Made by a program: the position numbers and the translations under genes. Positions 37,530-46,781 of a stretch of 64,000 nucleotides of DNA are shown piece after piece (within the stretch, counting starts at the first letter, position 1; each line of letters opens with the position of its first letter). The stretch covers positions 1,280,001 through 1,344,000 of the forward strand of contig OY759353.1 in assembly GCA_963662315.1 (NCBI GenBank), given 5' to 3'. The notes under the pieces were generated by a model. It saw only the letters and a list, made by a program, of their open reading frames with translations, made no database searches and had not been told where the DNA came from. Origin of the DNA: Geopsychrobacteraceae bacterium. Lineage in GTDB: Bacteria; Desulfobacterota; Desulfuromonadia; Desulfuromonadales; Geopsychrobacteraceae.

Positions 37530-38432
37530 CTATTTTTGTTTTACTTTCTTACTGCGCGGATGCGCCTTGTCATAGACATCGGTCAGGTGAGAAAAGCTGA
37601 CCTTCGTGTAACGCTGAGTCGTTGAAAGCGAAGCATGGCCAAGCAACTCCTGAATTGCCCTTAAATCGGCCCCGGCATCAAGCAAATGGGTGGCAAACGA
37701 ATGACGCAGAGCGTGAGGCGTCACATCAGCCGGAAGGCCAAGCTGCTGCAAACGCAGCTTAAGATTACGCTGGACACTGCGAACCGTCATGCGCTGCCCA
37801 CGATGATTGAGGAATACGGCAGAAACTTCGCTTCGACCCCGCTCATCAAGATATTGACATAAGGCGCTCATAGCGGCACGGCCAACAGGAAGCAGTCTCT
37901 CTTTACGTCCTTTTCCCACAACACGTACCAAAGCGTTGGGAAAATCGAAAGAATCCTTATCAAGGCTGACGGCTTCACTAACCCGTAAACCGCAGGAATA
38001 GATCATTTCAAACAAGGCAAGATCGCGCAGCAATAACAGTCGGTTACCGGTACCAGGCTGATCCAGAAAAGTCGTCATCTGGTCAACGCTTAACACTTTG
38101 GGAAGGAATTGCTCGCGCTTGGGTGACGCTAGAGCATCTGCTGGAGACACCTGAATAACACCTTCGCGAACGGCAAAACGGAAGAACACTCTGACTGAAG
38201 ACAATTTACGGGCGATACTGGTCCGGCTATTGGTTTTATGCAGGCCAGCAAGAAACTGCCTTAACACCAGAATATCAACGGCAGCGATATCCTGTTCCAT
38301 AGTCAGCCCGCCCCCCCTGCTGGTCAAAAAAGCCGCCAGTTCTTGTAAATCGCGCATATAGGCACTAACCGTCCGCTCAGACAAATTACGTTCCGTGTCA
38401 AGATACTGTCTAAACCTTTTCAGATAATCCAT
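37530..38432 (-). CDS. xerC: Tyrosine recombinase XerC
   Basis: 'TVSAYMRDL', 'SIARKLSSVR', 'GLRVSE', 'GKGRKER', 'TPHALRHSFATHLL..GADLRAIQELLGHASLSTTQRY'. Confidence 0.88.
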   Translation of the reverse strand: MDYLKRFRQYLDTERNLSERTVSAYMRDLQELAAFLTSRGGGLTMEQDIAAVDILVLRQFLAGLHKTNSRTSIARKLSSVRVFFRFAVREGVIQVSPADALASPKREQFLPKVLSVDQMTTFLDQPGTGNRLLLLRDLALFEMIYSCGLRVSEAVSLDKDSFDFPNALVRVVGKGRKERLLPVGRAAMSALCQYLDERGRSEVSAVFLNHRGQRMTVRSVQRNLKLRLQQLGLPADVTPHALRHSFATHLLDAGADLRAIQELLGHASLSTTQRYTKVSFSHLTDVYDKAHPRSKKVKQK

Positions 38433-38471
38433 GAGATTCCTTTATCCAGGCACTGACCAATGTCCCATCAA

Positions 38472-38500
38472 TTGACGATACGCTTCTCCCGTGGCATACT
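38472..38500 (+). promoter_or_regulatory. Putative sigma70 promoter for the hydrolase-yjbQ-DUF362 operon
   Basis: TTGACG-17 nt-CATACT with extended TG. Confidence 0.5.
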
Positions 38501-38555
38501 TCAGAGCGTTATCAGATTTTTCACCGCATTCAACGGAAAAGAAAACCAGTGACCT

Positions 38556-39410
38556 ATGGGCTACTTAATACTGATCCTTAAAGTTATACTGATCCTCTTT
38601 GTTGTCTTTTTGTTTATCGATTTTCTGACAGTACTCCTCACCTATTGCATCTGTTGGTACGAAAAGTCAAACGAGAACCCCAAACTTGTGGATAAACGTT
38701 TTCGTGGTAAAAGCCTGAAGCTCGTCCTCAAATTGATGATTCCCGAGATCATCTTCAACTGCTTTACGGTACTGATGATTCTGCCAGGCATGATCAACAG
38801 AAACACACATTACCTGCAGCGCGGCGAGACTCCGACCATTTTACTTCATGGTCTTTTTGACAATCAGGGTAGCTGGTTCTGGTTTAAATGGCAGCTTAAA
38901 AAATCCGGAATCAAGAACATCGTAACCCTGAACCTGTCATCCTGGCACAACGAAGAAGTATTGACTGAAATTCTGGCGAAAAGAATTGATGAAATCAGAT
39001 TGCAGATCGGTGTCAACAGGGTCAATCTGGTGGGCCATTCCATGGGCGGCATCATAGCCCGCAACTATGTTCAATTACGTGGCGGGGCAGATAAAGTCGA
39101 CAAAATCGTCTGTCTTGGATCTCCGCACCAGGGCTCCAAGCTGGCAACCTTCACCTTTGCCCCCCTCGGCAAAATACTGATCCCGGGAACCGATTTTTTA
39201 AGTCGCCTCAACAGAGCTCCGATTCCGGGTCATATTCGTATGACAAATATCTATTCCAACAAAGACAACATGGTCCAGCCCAATCGCTTTAATCATCTTC
39301 ACTGGGGAACCGCCGTTGAACTTGATGATATGGGGCACACCTCACTGATCTACCGCAAGCCCCCGATTATAGCCACGATTTCAGCACTCAAAGGAGCCCC
39401 TCTGGAATGA
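38556..39410 (+). CDS. Membrane-anchored alpha/beta hydrolase (lipase/esterase)
   Basis: N-terminal TM; LLHG, GHSMGG nucleophile elbow, LGSPHQG, D..V, GH. Confidence 0.85.
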   Translation: MGYLILILKVILILFVVFLFIDFLTVLLTYCICWYEKSNENPKLVDKRFRGKSLKLVLKLMIPEIIFNCFTVLMILPGMINRNTHYLQRGETPTILLHGLFDNQGSWFWFKWQLKKSGIKNIVTLNLSSWHNEEVLTEILAKRIDEIRLQIGVNRVNLVGHSMGGIIARNYVQLRGGADKVDKIVCLGSPHQGSKLATFTFAPLGKILIPGTDFLSRLNRAPIPGHIRMTNIYSNKDNMVQPNRFNHLHWGTAVELDDMGHTSLIYRKPPIIATISALKGAPLE

Positions 39411-39805
39411 ACCGGCAATTGAGCGTCAAAACCAGCAGACACGTTGAATTCTGCGACATCACAGCTCAGATCCGCGAGGTTTTGCGTGAATCAGGCTGCC
39501 GCAACGGCCTGGTGTTCCTGTTTGTTCCTCACACAACTGCAGCAATTACCATCAATGAAAATGCCGACCCGGATGTCGTCAGCGACATGATCAACAGTCT
39601 GGACAAACTGATCCCACTGCAAGACAACTACCGTCATTGTGAAGGGAACAGCGCAGCCCACCTGAAAAGCAGTCTCATCGGCGCCAGCGAAACCATTGCC
39701 ATACACAATGGCATCCTGCAACTGGGGACCTGGCAGGGGATCTATTTTTGCGAGTTTGATGGGCCCCGCTCCCGCGCGCTCAACATAAAAATCATTGAGG
39801 GTTAA
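39407..39805 (+). CDS. yjbQ: YjbQ family protein (UPF0047)
   Basis: PHTTAAITINENADPDV, H.EGNSAAHLKS, LGTWQGIYFCEFDG. Confidence 0.9.
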   Translation: MNRQLSVKTSRHVEFCDITAQIREVLRESGCRNGLVFLFVPHTTAAITINENADPDVVSDMINSLDKLIPLQDNYRHCEGNSAAHLKSSLIGASETIAIHNGILQLGTWQGIYFCEFDGPRSRALNIKIIEG

Positions 39806-39815
39806 CAGGCCAGGC

Positions 39816-40970
39816 ATGACAGACTCCAACACTCTCGTTCCACGCGTTTCACTGCAAAAACAATCGGACTACAATAACAACGAAGTCAAGGCAACGATCA
39901 TCAGACTCCTGGACCCACTGGGAGGACTGGAAGCATTTGTCAGCAGTGGCCAAAAAGTCCTGCTGAAGCCAAACCTGTTAGCCGGAAGAGCTCCTGACAA
40001 GGCAGTAACAACTCATCCCGCCGTCGTGCGTGCAGTCGTAGAGCTATGCCTTGATTTGGGTGCACAAGTCGCGCTGGGCGATTCGCCCGGCATCGGCAAT
40101 CTGGAAAACGTTGCCGGTAAAGCAGGGCTTCTTGACATTGTCAAAGATACCGGTATTACCCTTGCGCCTTTTGAAAAATCAGTCCCGCTTGCATCAGCCA
40201 AAGGCACATTTCACAAGCTGGAAGTGGCCCAGGACATCCTTGACGCGGATGTCATCATCAATCTCCCGAAACTGAAAACCCACCAGATGATGGGAATGAC
40301 CTGTGCTGTCAAAAATATGTTTGGCGCCGTTGTTGGCTTAAGAAAACCCCGCCTTCATCTGCAGGCCGGAACCGACAAAGCCTTTTTTGCCCTGATGCTG
40401 CTTGAACTGAGTGAATTGCTGGCACCGACACTGACCATCGTTGATGCCATTGTCGGTATGGAGGGGGAAGGCCCGGGCAGCGGGGACCCGGTGAACATTG
40501 GTGTCCTGCTGGCCGGTACCCACTCCCAGGCGGTTGATACCGTAGCCACAGAACTGTTAGGACTAAAAACCAGTGAAGTATGGACCCAGCTACTGGCGCA
40601 GGAGACAGGGCGTCCCTATACAAGGCTGTCCGAAATCGAGCTGGTCGGGCACCCTCTTGACCAACTAAGGATCAGTAACTTTCGTCCAGCAAAAATGACC
40701 GATATCAACTTTGGCCTGAAAGGCAGCTTGAAGCGTTACCTGAAAAACAGTCTGAGCGCCAGGCCCGAACCCGACCCGCAACAATGTCGACTGTGCAATG
40801 AATGTGTTAAGCTTTGCCCACCTCAGGCTATGAAAATTGAGAATCAGAAACTGAAAATAGACTACGATACCTGTATTCGCTGTTTCTGCTGCCAGGAACT
40901 CTGCCCACACGGAGCCCTACATACAACTCAGGGACTACTACTGAAACTATACACTTTTTTCCACAAATAG
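39816..40970 (+). CDS. DUF362 domain protein with C-terminal 2x[4Fe-4S] ferredoxin
   Basis: 'VLLKPNL', 'TTHP', 'INLPKLKTH', 'MEGEGP.SG', CxxCxxCxxxCP twice. Confidence 0.88.
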   Translation: MTDSNTLVPRVSLQKQSDYNNNEVKATIIRLLDPLGGLEAFVSSGQKVLLKPNLLAGRAPDKAVTTHPAVVRAVVELCLDLGAQVALGDSPGIGNLENVAGKAGLLDIVKDTGITLAPFEKSVPLASAKGTFHKLEVAQDILDADVIINLPKLKTHQMMGMTCAVKNMFGAVVGLRKPRLHLQAGTDKAFFALMLLELSELLAPTLTIVDAIVGMEGEGPGSGDPVNIGVLLAGTHSQAVDTVATELLGLKTSEVWTQLLAQETGRPYTRLSEIELVGHPLDQLRISNFRPAKMTDINFGLKGSLKRYLKNSLSARPEPDPQQCRLCNECVKLCPPQAMKIENQKLKIDYDTCIRCFCCQELCPHGALHTTQGLLLKLYTFFHK

Positions 40971-40986
40971 AATTATCAAGTATCAC

Positions 40987-41035
40987 AACCCAAAAGAGCC
41001 CCACGCACACTTAATGCCTGGGGCTCTTTTGGGTT
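40987..41035. terminator. Hairpin between convergent DUF362 and nifU-like genes
   Basis: AACCCAAAAGAGCCCCA...TGGGGCTCTTTTGGGTT. Confidence 0.65.
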
Positions 41036-41052
41036 AGATTTCAATCCGACGC

Positions 41053-41277
41053 TTAACGAACCTGAACGACTTCTTTAACTTCAGGAATCTTTTCCATCAG
41101 GTTGCGCTCGATACCCATTTTCAGGGTCATGGTTGACATAGGGCAGGATCCACATGCTCCGGTCAGTTTCAGACTGACAACGCCGTCTTCTGAGACATCG
41201 ACAAGTTCAACGTCCCCACCATCTGCCTGCAGTGCTGGTCTGATCATATCTAAAACTTCAGCAACGCGTTCTTTCAT
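41053..41277 (-). CDS. NifU/Nfu C-terminal-domain Fe-S carrier
   Basis: [15 protein letters not shown]...[15 protein letters not shown]. Confidence 0.9.
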   Translation of the reverse strand: MKERVAEVLDMIRPALQADGGDVELVDVSEDGVVSLKLTGACGSCPMSTMTLKMGIERNLMEKIPEVKEVVQVR

Positions 41278-41355
41278 CTGTTGTTTCCTCCGTGTTAATA
41301 ATTGAGTTTACTGGTTAAGTATAGCCATATTTGCTCTTGCCAGGCAAGCAAGAAG

Positions 41356-42516
41356 TCATCGCAGTCCCAAGGCCTGGCTCACCGCGCTGATTTTCCGGGA
41401 ACATAGTAATTCAGGGGTGCCGACATGCTTCCCCTGAACCAGAACCTTGAAACTATCCCCCATCCCCCCTTCCGGAACAATGAGATTTTTAAGACTCATT
41501 CTCAGAGCCTGAGCCTTTTGCGGGTCGGTTTCACGTTGTTCAAGTTCAAGCAGCATTTCCATGAACCCCAGCCCCATCAAAAACTGATACTGCATACCGA
41601 AATAAAGCGTTTTAAGCCCCCGCCGTGACCCGACATTTTGCAGCGTGGTAAAATCGACATGGGTGGTAATGTCCTGTTGCCCAACGTCCTGAAGAGGATT
41701 CTCATTGGTCTGATGCTGGCGATAACAGAGCAGGGTTCCGGCATGGCGCCACGGAGCATACAGTTCAGGCGCAGGGTAGCCGTAATCGATGGTAAGAACG
41801 AACCCCTTACGCAGCACTTCTGCAACCTCCGTCATCCACTGACGTGCCATAAGATTCACTTCACAACGATTGCCTTCAAGCACATCGATACCAAGCTCAG
41901 CAAAATATTCCTGTAATAAAGGAGTCGACAGCGGACGTAACTCTTCACCAGGAGGGTTGCCGACAATAAAAACTTCCTGCAACTGTCCACCATGTTTTTC
42001 AAGCAGGTGAACCGGAAAAGCATCGACCAGTTCATTACTCAGAAAACAACCGATCATCCCTTTTAACTGGGGTAACTCACACCACTCAACACGTCCCGCA
42101 TCGATGTGAGCAGAAAGACTCTCCGCCTGACGCATTTGCCCCGCAGAACTGATTTCAACAATACGGTACGTTACGGCACTGTAAAATTCGGGAAAATCTT
42201 CGGCTATCGCGTCTAGAACATCGCACGCCAGATGACCATCACCGGCCCCCTGCTCTGCAACCGTAAATTGACACTTCCCTAATATCTGCCACATCTGCTC
42301 CAACTGGCGGGCAATGAGGCGACCAAAACAGGAATGAACATGGGAAGATGTATAAAAATCGCCCTGCTTGCCAATACGATTCCGATTGGTCATATAGTAA
42401 CCATAACGAGGGTTATACAGCGCCTGCTGCATGAACTCAGCAAAAGAAATCCCTTCCTTTTCGGCAATCAGTGTCTGTAATTCAGTAACCAGGTTCTGCT
42501 CTCTCATATCAGCCAT
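41356..42516 (-). CDS. SAM-dependent methyltransferase, MidA/NDUFAF7 family
   Basis: 'FAEFM..ALY.P..GYY', 'GDFYTS', 'EQGAG.G', 'SNELVDAFP', 'IDYG', 'QDITTHVDF'. Confidence 0.88.
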   Translation of the reverse strand: MADMREQNLVTELQTLIAEKEGISFAEFMQQALYNPRYGYYMTNRNRIGKQGDFYTSSHVHSCFGRLIARQLEQMWQILGKCQFTVAEQGAGDGHLACDVLDAIAEDFPEFYSAVTYRIVEISSAGQMRQAESLSAHIDAGRVEWCELPQLKGMIGCFLSNELVDAFPVHLLEKHGGQLQEVFIVGNPPGEELRPLSTPLLQEYFAELGIDVLEGNRCEVNLMARQWMTEVAEVLRKGFVLTIDYGYPAPELYAPWRHAGTLLCYRQHQTNENPLQDVGQQDITTHVDFTTLQNVGSRRGLKTLYFGMQYQFLMGLGFMEMLLELEQRETDPQKAQALRMSLKNLIVPEGGMGDSFKVLVQGKHVGTPELLCSRKISAVSQALGLR

Positions 42517-42754
42517 AAAAACCCTTTCAGCACAGGAAGCAATTGGCAAAAGCAAAGTATAGTCAGGCTCAAGCCCAAAATGCAACAGCATGGCGGGCCC
42601 CTTTCAAAATTCCATCACCGGCAATCACAGAAACGCGATTAGCTGTTCATGTCTTGAAATCACAAAGTATTCATGTCATTATGCTTGGCTGATTTAGTGG
42701 AGCTTGAAGGTTGAATTCTGGAAAACCTCACCCGTACCAGAAAAGGACTTATTC

Positions 42755-43576
42755 ATGGCAATCATTACCATCTCCAGGGAAATGGGTAGCGGCGGCATTC
42801 CAATCGCACAGCAGGTGGCTGAAGAACTTGGCTATGCCTTAATTGATGGCAGTTCAATCGAAGAAGTTGCCTCCGAGTATGATCTGACTGCTGAAGCGCT
42901 TGAACTGACGGATGAGAAACCACCGGCATTTGTTGACACCCTTGATCGTAAGATTGAACTGGACGTGTACCGGATTCAGCTCCTGGTCCTTGAACGCGCC
43001 TATCAGGGAGATGTCATCATCTATGGCCGCGGTGGACAGGACCTGCTCCCCGGAATCGGTACAGTGGTCAGGGTAAGAGTCATCGCGCCTTTTGAAGAAC
43101 GGGTTGAACGCTGGGCTGAACGGGAATGGTTAGACCCCGATCTGGCGCGCTCCCTGGTCCGCAGAAGCGACCAGCAGCGTGCCGGCTACATCAAATATTA
43201 TTTTGATCGGGACTGGGATAATCCGCTGGATTACGACCTGGTTATCAACACCTCTAGAATGTCTAACGAAACAGCCGTCAGATTGATAAAAGAAGCGGCT
43301 CAGGACGAAACCCTGGACGCCAAGAGCGGCCCCTGTCAGGCTAAAATTGCGGATCTTATTATTCAGAAAAAGATCCAGATAGCCCGACTGGCTGATGACC
43401 GGATAAAAGATCTCTGGTTTACCATTGACGTCAGTGATGGGCACGTGACTTTGTCTGGACATATTTATAACGAAGAAGAACGGCGGGCAACCCTTGAACA
43501 TGCCCACCAGGTCACCGGGGTTACCGGAGTGACCGACAAGCTGAAGATCGTTCATTACGATATCAGCAAGCGCTGA
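42755..43576 (+). CDS. Cytidylate-kinase-like family protein with C-terminal BON domain
   Basis: IITISREMGSGG, VIIYGRGG, YDLVINTS; C-terminal 'V.DG.VTLSG....V.GV..V...L'. Confidence 0.8.
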   Translation: MAIITISREMGSGGIPIAQQVAEELGYALIDGSSIEEVASEYDLTAEALELTDEKPPAFVDTLDRKIELDVYRIQLLVLERAYQGDVIIYGRGGQDLLPGIGTVVRVRVIAPFEERVERWAEREWLDPDLARSLVRRSDQQRAGYIKYYFDRDWDNPLDYDLVINTSRMSNETAVRLIKEAAQDETLDAKSGPCQAKIADLIIQKKIQIARLADDRIKDLWFTIDVSDGHVTLSGHIYNEEERRATLEHAHQVTGVTGVTDKLKIVHYDISKR

Positions 43577-43663
43577 GTCCCACAGAGAAATCTACACTCA
43601 AAAGCGCCGGTTCTACCGGCGTTTTGCTTAAATATCTTTTAAATTTTAAAGGAGAACTGTTCA

Positions 43664-44410
43664 ATGGCTGGACACAGTAAATGGGCCAACATCAAACACC
43701 GTAAAGGCGCTCAGGACGCAAAACGGGGAAAAATTTTCACCAAACTGATCAAAGAGATCACCATTTCTGCCCGGATTGGTGGTGCGGATCTTGAGTCGAA
43801 CGCTCGTTTGCGCCTTGCGGTTGATAAAGCCAAGCAGGCCAACATGCCGAAGGACAACATTGAAAGAGGGATCAAAAAAGGAACTGGCGATCTCGATGGT
43901 GTCACTTATGAAGAAGGGACCTTTGAAGGTTACGGTCCTGGCGGGGTCGCCGTCATTGTCGAATTCATGACAGACAACCGCACCCGTACAGTTGCTGACG
44001 TCCGCCACGCGTTCAACAAATGCGGCGGTAGCCTTGGTGTCAGTGGCTCTGTTGCCTTCATGTTTGACCGTAAAGGACAAATCGTTTTTGGCGAAGGGAG
44101 CGATTTTGACCAGATTTTCGAAGCGGCCCTCGAGGCCGGTGCTGAAGATGTCAAAGATGAAGATGGCATGATCGAAGTCATTACCGCACCGAATGATTTT
44201 GAAGCCGTACGCAACGCCTTGACCGATAAGGGCTTCACCTCTGAATCAGCTGAAGTCACCATGATTCCACAAACCATGACCGCTATTGAAGGCAAACCTG
44301 CTGAGCAGTTAATGAAAATGATCGATATGCTCGAAGACAATGACGACGTCCAGAATGTCTATGCCAACTTCGACATCTCTGATGAAGAGATGGAAAGGAT
44401 CATGGGCTAA
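43664..44410 (+). CDS. yebC: YebC/PmpR family protein
   Basis: [37 protein letters not shown]. Confidence 0.95.
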   Translation: MAGHSKWANIKHRKGAQDAKRGKIFTKLIKEITISARIGGADLESNARLRLAVDKAKQANMPKDNIERGIKKGTGDLDGVTYEEGTFEGYGPGGVAVIVEFMTDNRTRTVADVRHAFNKCGGSLGVSGSVAFMFDRKGQIVFGEGSDFDQIFEAALEAGAEDVKDEDGMIEVITAPNDFEAVRNALTDKGFTSESAEVTMIPQTMTAIEGKPAEQLMKMIDMLEDNDDVQNVYANFDISDEEMERIMG

Positions 44411-44419
44411 GTTTCACTC

Positions 44420-44938
44420 ATGAGAATCTTGGGTATTGACCCTGGCAGTAAGGCGACGGGCTACGGTTTTATCGAACAGTGTGGCAACCGCCTTATTCAT
44501 ATTGACAATGGGGCAATCTTCACGCGCAGCCAGGATGAACTGGCTGCGCGCCTGCAGCGTATTTATCAGACGTTGTGCCAGCTGATTGAACAATACCAGC
44601 CCGATGCCGTTGCCGTCGAACAGGTCTTCCTGGCCAACAACCCAGCCTCTGCGTTAAAATTGGGGCATGCCCGTGGAGTAGCCCTGTTGGCTGGAATCAA
44701 CGCAGGATTGCCAGTGGCGGAATACTCTGCCCTGCAGGTAAAAAGTGCCGTTGTTGGCTATGGAAAAGCGGCCAAAAACCAGGTGCAGCACATGACAAAA
44801 ACCTTGTTGAATCTGCCCGAAATAGCTCAGGAAGACGCGGCCGATGCCCTCGCCGTTGCTATTTGTCACGCCCACAGCCATCATCTCAACGGCCAGCTGG
44901 GTCATTCCAGGAACCAAGCCTTAGGAAAAAGAAGATGA
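44420..44938 (+). CDS. ruvC: Holliday junction resolvase RuvC
   Basis: [31 protein letters not shown]. Confidence 0.96.
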   Translation: MRILGIDPGSKATGYGFIEQCGNRLIHIDNGAIFTRSQDELAARLQRIYQTLCQLIEQYQPDAVAVEQVFLANNPASALKLGHARGVALLAGINAGLPVAEYSALQVKSAVVGYGKAAKNQVQHMTKTLLNLPEIAQEDAADALAVAICHAHSHHLNGQLGHSRNQALGKRR

Positions 44939-45537
44939 TTGCCTTACTCACCGGCACAATCGCCCACCGTACTCCGGAACAGATCGTCCTTGATGTCCAT
45001 GGGGTTGGTTATCGCCTGCAGATTCCGCTATCCACTTTTTATGCGTTGCCAGAATCAGGGACCGTTCAGTTACAGGTGTTCACGCATGTCAAAGAAGATG
45101 CCATCAACCTTTATGGTTTTTCGACCATGGCCGAGAAAGACCTTTTTGTCCTTTTGATTTCGGTTTCCGGGGTTGGTCCCAAGCTGGCCAATACAATCCT
45201 GTCGCACATTCCCCCGCAAGAACTTGCTCTGGCTTTAAGCGAAGGAAACCTGACCAAGCTGATAGCAATTCCCGGCATCGGCAAGAAAAGTGCAGAGCGT
45301 TTGATTCTCGAACTTCAGGATAAAGCAACAGCCTACGCCGTCGGCTCAGCTATTGACCCAATGGCGACCAAACCTGCTGCGCATGAGGAAGATATCCATC
45401 AGGATGCACTGTCAGCCCTGATGAACCTGGGCTATAAAGAGAGTCTTGCCAGACGGGCGCTGAAAAATCTCAAAACACCTTCCGGAACCCCAATTGAAGA
45501 AATTCTCAAGGCGGCTTTGCAGGTTCTGTTAAAGTAA
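44935..45537 (+). CDS. ruvA: Holliday junction branch migration protein RuvA
   Basis: [51 protein letters not shown] overlap with ruvC. Confidence 0.95.
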   Translation: MIALLTGTIAHRTPEQIVLDVHGVGYRLQIPLSTFYALPESGTVQLQVFTHVKEDAINLYGFSTMAEKDLFVLLISVSGVGPKLANTILSHIPPQELALALSEGNLTKLIAIPGIGKKSAERLILELQDKATAYAVGSAIDPMATKPAAHEEDIHQDALSALMNLGYKESLARRALKNLKTPSGTPIEEILKAALQVLLK

Positions 45538-45743
45538 ATGTAGTTATCTAGGCCGCTCAAAGAAAAGCGGGCAATCTTAGATTGTTCCATTTTAAGGACG
45601 CTTGCAGCATCCACCATGGTACCGATTGGCGCTGGTCTGGTCGCCATCCAGGCATCAGGCACTTCACCATGGAAAATGCTGGACCTGCCCTGTAACAGGA
45701 CGAGAGCAAACGGAAAATCCAGAAAAATGAACACGGAGCAACT

Positions 45744-46769
45744 ATGGACGAGCGCCTGATTAACGGTGAAATACAAGGGGATGAGGATCGATACGAAGCC
45801 GGATTGAGACCCAAATCGCTGCAGGAATACATTGGTCAAAGTAGAGCCAAACAGAATCTACAGGTCTTTATCGATGCGGCCCGTAAACGGAATGAAGCCC
45901 TTGATCATGTTCTGTTTTTTGGCCCGCCAGGTCTGGGAAAAACAACTTTGGCCAATATTATCGCTCAGGAAATGGGTGTTAACATTAAAAGCACCTCAGG
46001 TCCTGTCATTGAAAAAACCGGTGACCTGGCCGCGGTTTTGACCAACCTGGAAGAAGGAGATGTTCTGTTCATTGATGAAATACACCGTTTGTCTCCTGTT
46101 GTTGAAGAAATTCTCTACCCGGCCATGGAAGATTATCAACTCGATATCATGATTGGCCAGGGACCTTCTGCCCGAACAATAAAATTGGACATCCCCCGCT
46201 TTACCCTGGTTGGGGCCACCACCCGGGCAGGGTTGCTGTCGTCCCCGCTTCGCGACCGCTTTGGCGTCATCAGCCGTCTTGAGTTTTATTCCAATGAGGA
46301 ACTCAGAACCATCGTCAAACGTAGCGCCAGCATTCTTAAAATACAGATCGACGATGAAGGTGCCATGGAGATAGCCCGCCGTAGTCGTGGAACCCCGCGC
46401 ATTGTTAACCGCCTGCTACGCCGGGTCAGGGATTTTGCCGAAATCGAAGGGAATGGATTCATTAGCAGAGACTTGGCGGACCATTCCCTGAAACGACTCG
46501 AAGTTGACAATCAGGGGCTTGACTATATGGATCGCCTGTTGCTGCTTTCCCTGATCGATAAATTTGGTGGAGGGCCGGTTGGACTGGACACCCTGGCTGC
46601 AGCCATTGGTGAAGAACGCGATACCATTGAAGATGTTATTGAACCCTATTTGATCCAGCAAGGCTTTCTAAACAGAACCCCGCGCGGTCGGGTTGCAACG
46701 GAAAGCTGTTATAAGCATTTTCAGCGTTCCTTAAATAAAGAAGCCGCTAACGGACCGCTCTTCGGTTAA
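45744..46769 (+). CDS. ruvB: Holliday junction helicase RuvB
   Basis: LRP...[45 protein letters not shown]. Confidence 0.97.
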   Translation: MDERLINGEIQGDEDRYEAGLRPKSLQEYIGQSRAKQNLQVFIDAARKRNEALDHVLFFGPPGLGKTTLANIIAQEMGVNIKSTSGPVIEKTGDLAAVLTNLEEGDVLFIDEIHRLSPVVEEILYPAMEDYQLDIMIGQGPSARTIKLDIPRFTLVGATTRAGLLSSPLRDRFGVISRLEFYSNEELRTIVKRSASILKIQIDDEGAMEIARRSRGTPRIVNRLLRRVRDFAEIEGNGFISRDLADHSLKRLEVDNQGLDYMDRLLLLSLIDKFGGGPVGLDTLAAAIGEERDTIEDVIEPYLIQQGFLNRTPRGRVATESCYKHFQRSLNKEAANGPLFG

Positions 46770-46781
46770 GAAGATCAGCAT

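Noticed and set aside
37530..38432. Tyrosine recombinase as the integrase of an msh island
   Set aside because: Length and motifs are those of housekeeping XerC; it is separated from the cluster by ahpC and no att repeats were seen
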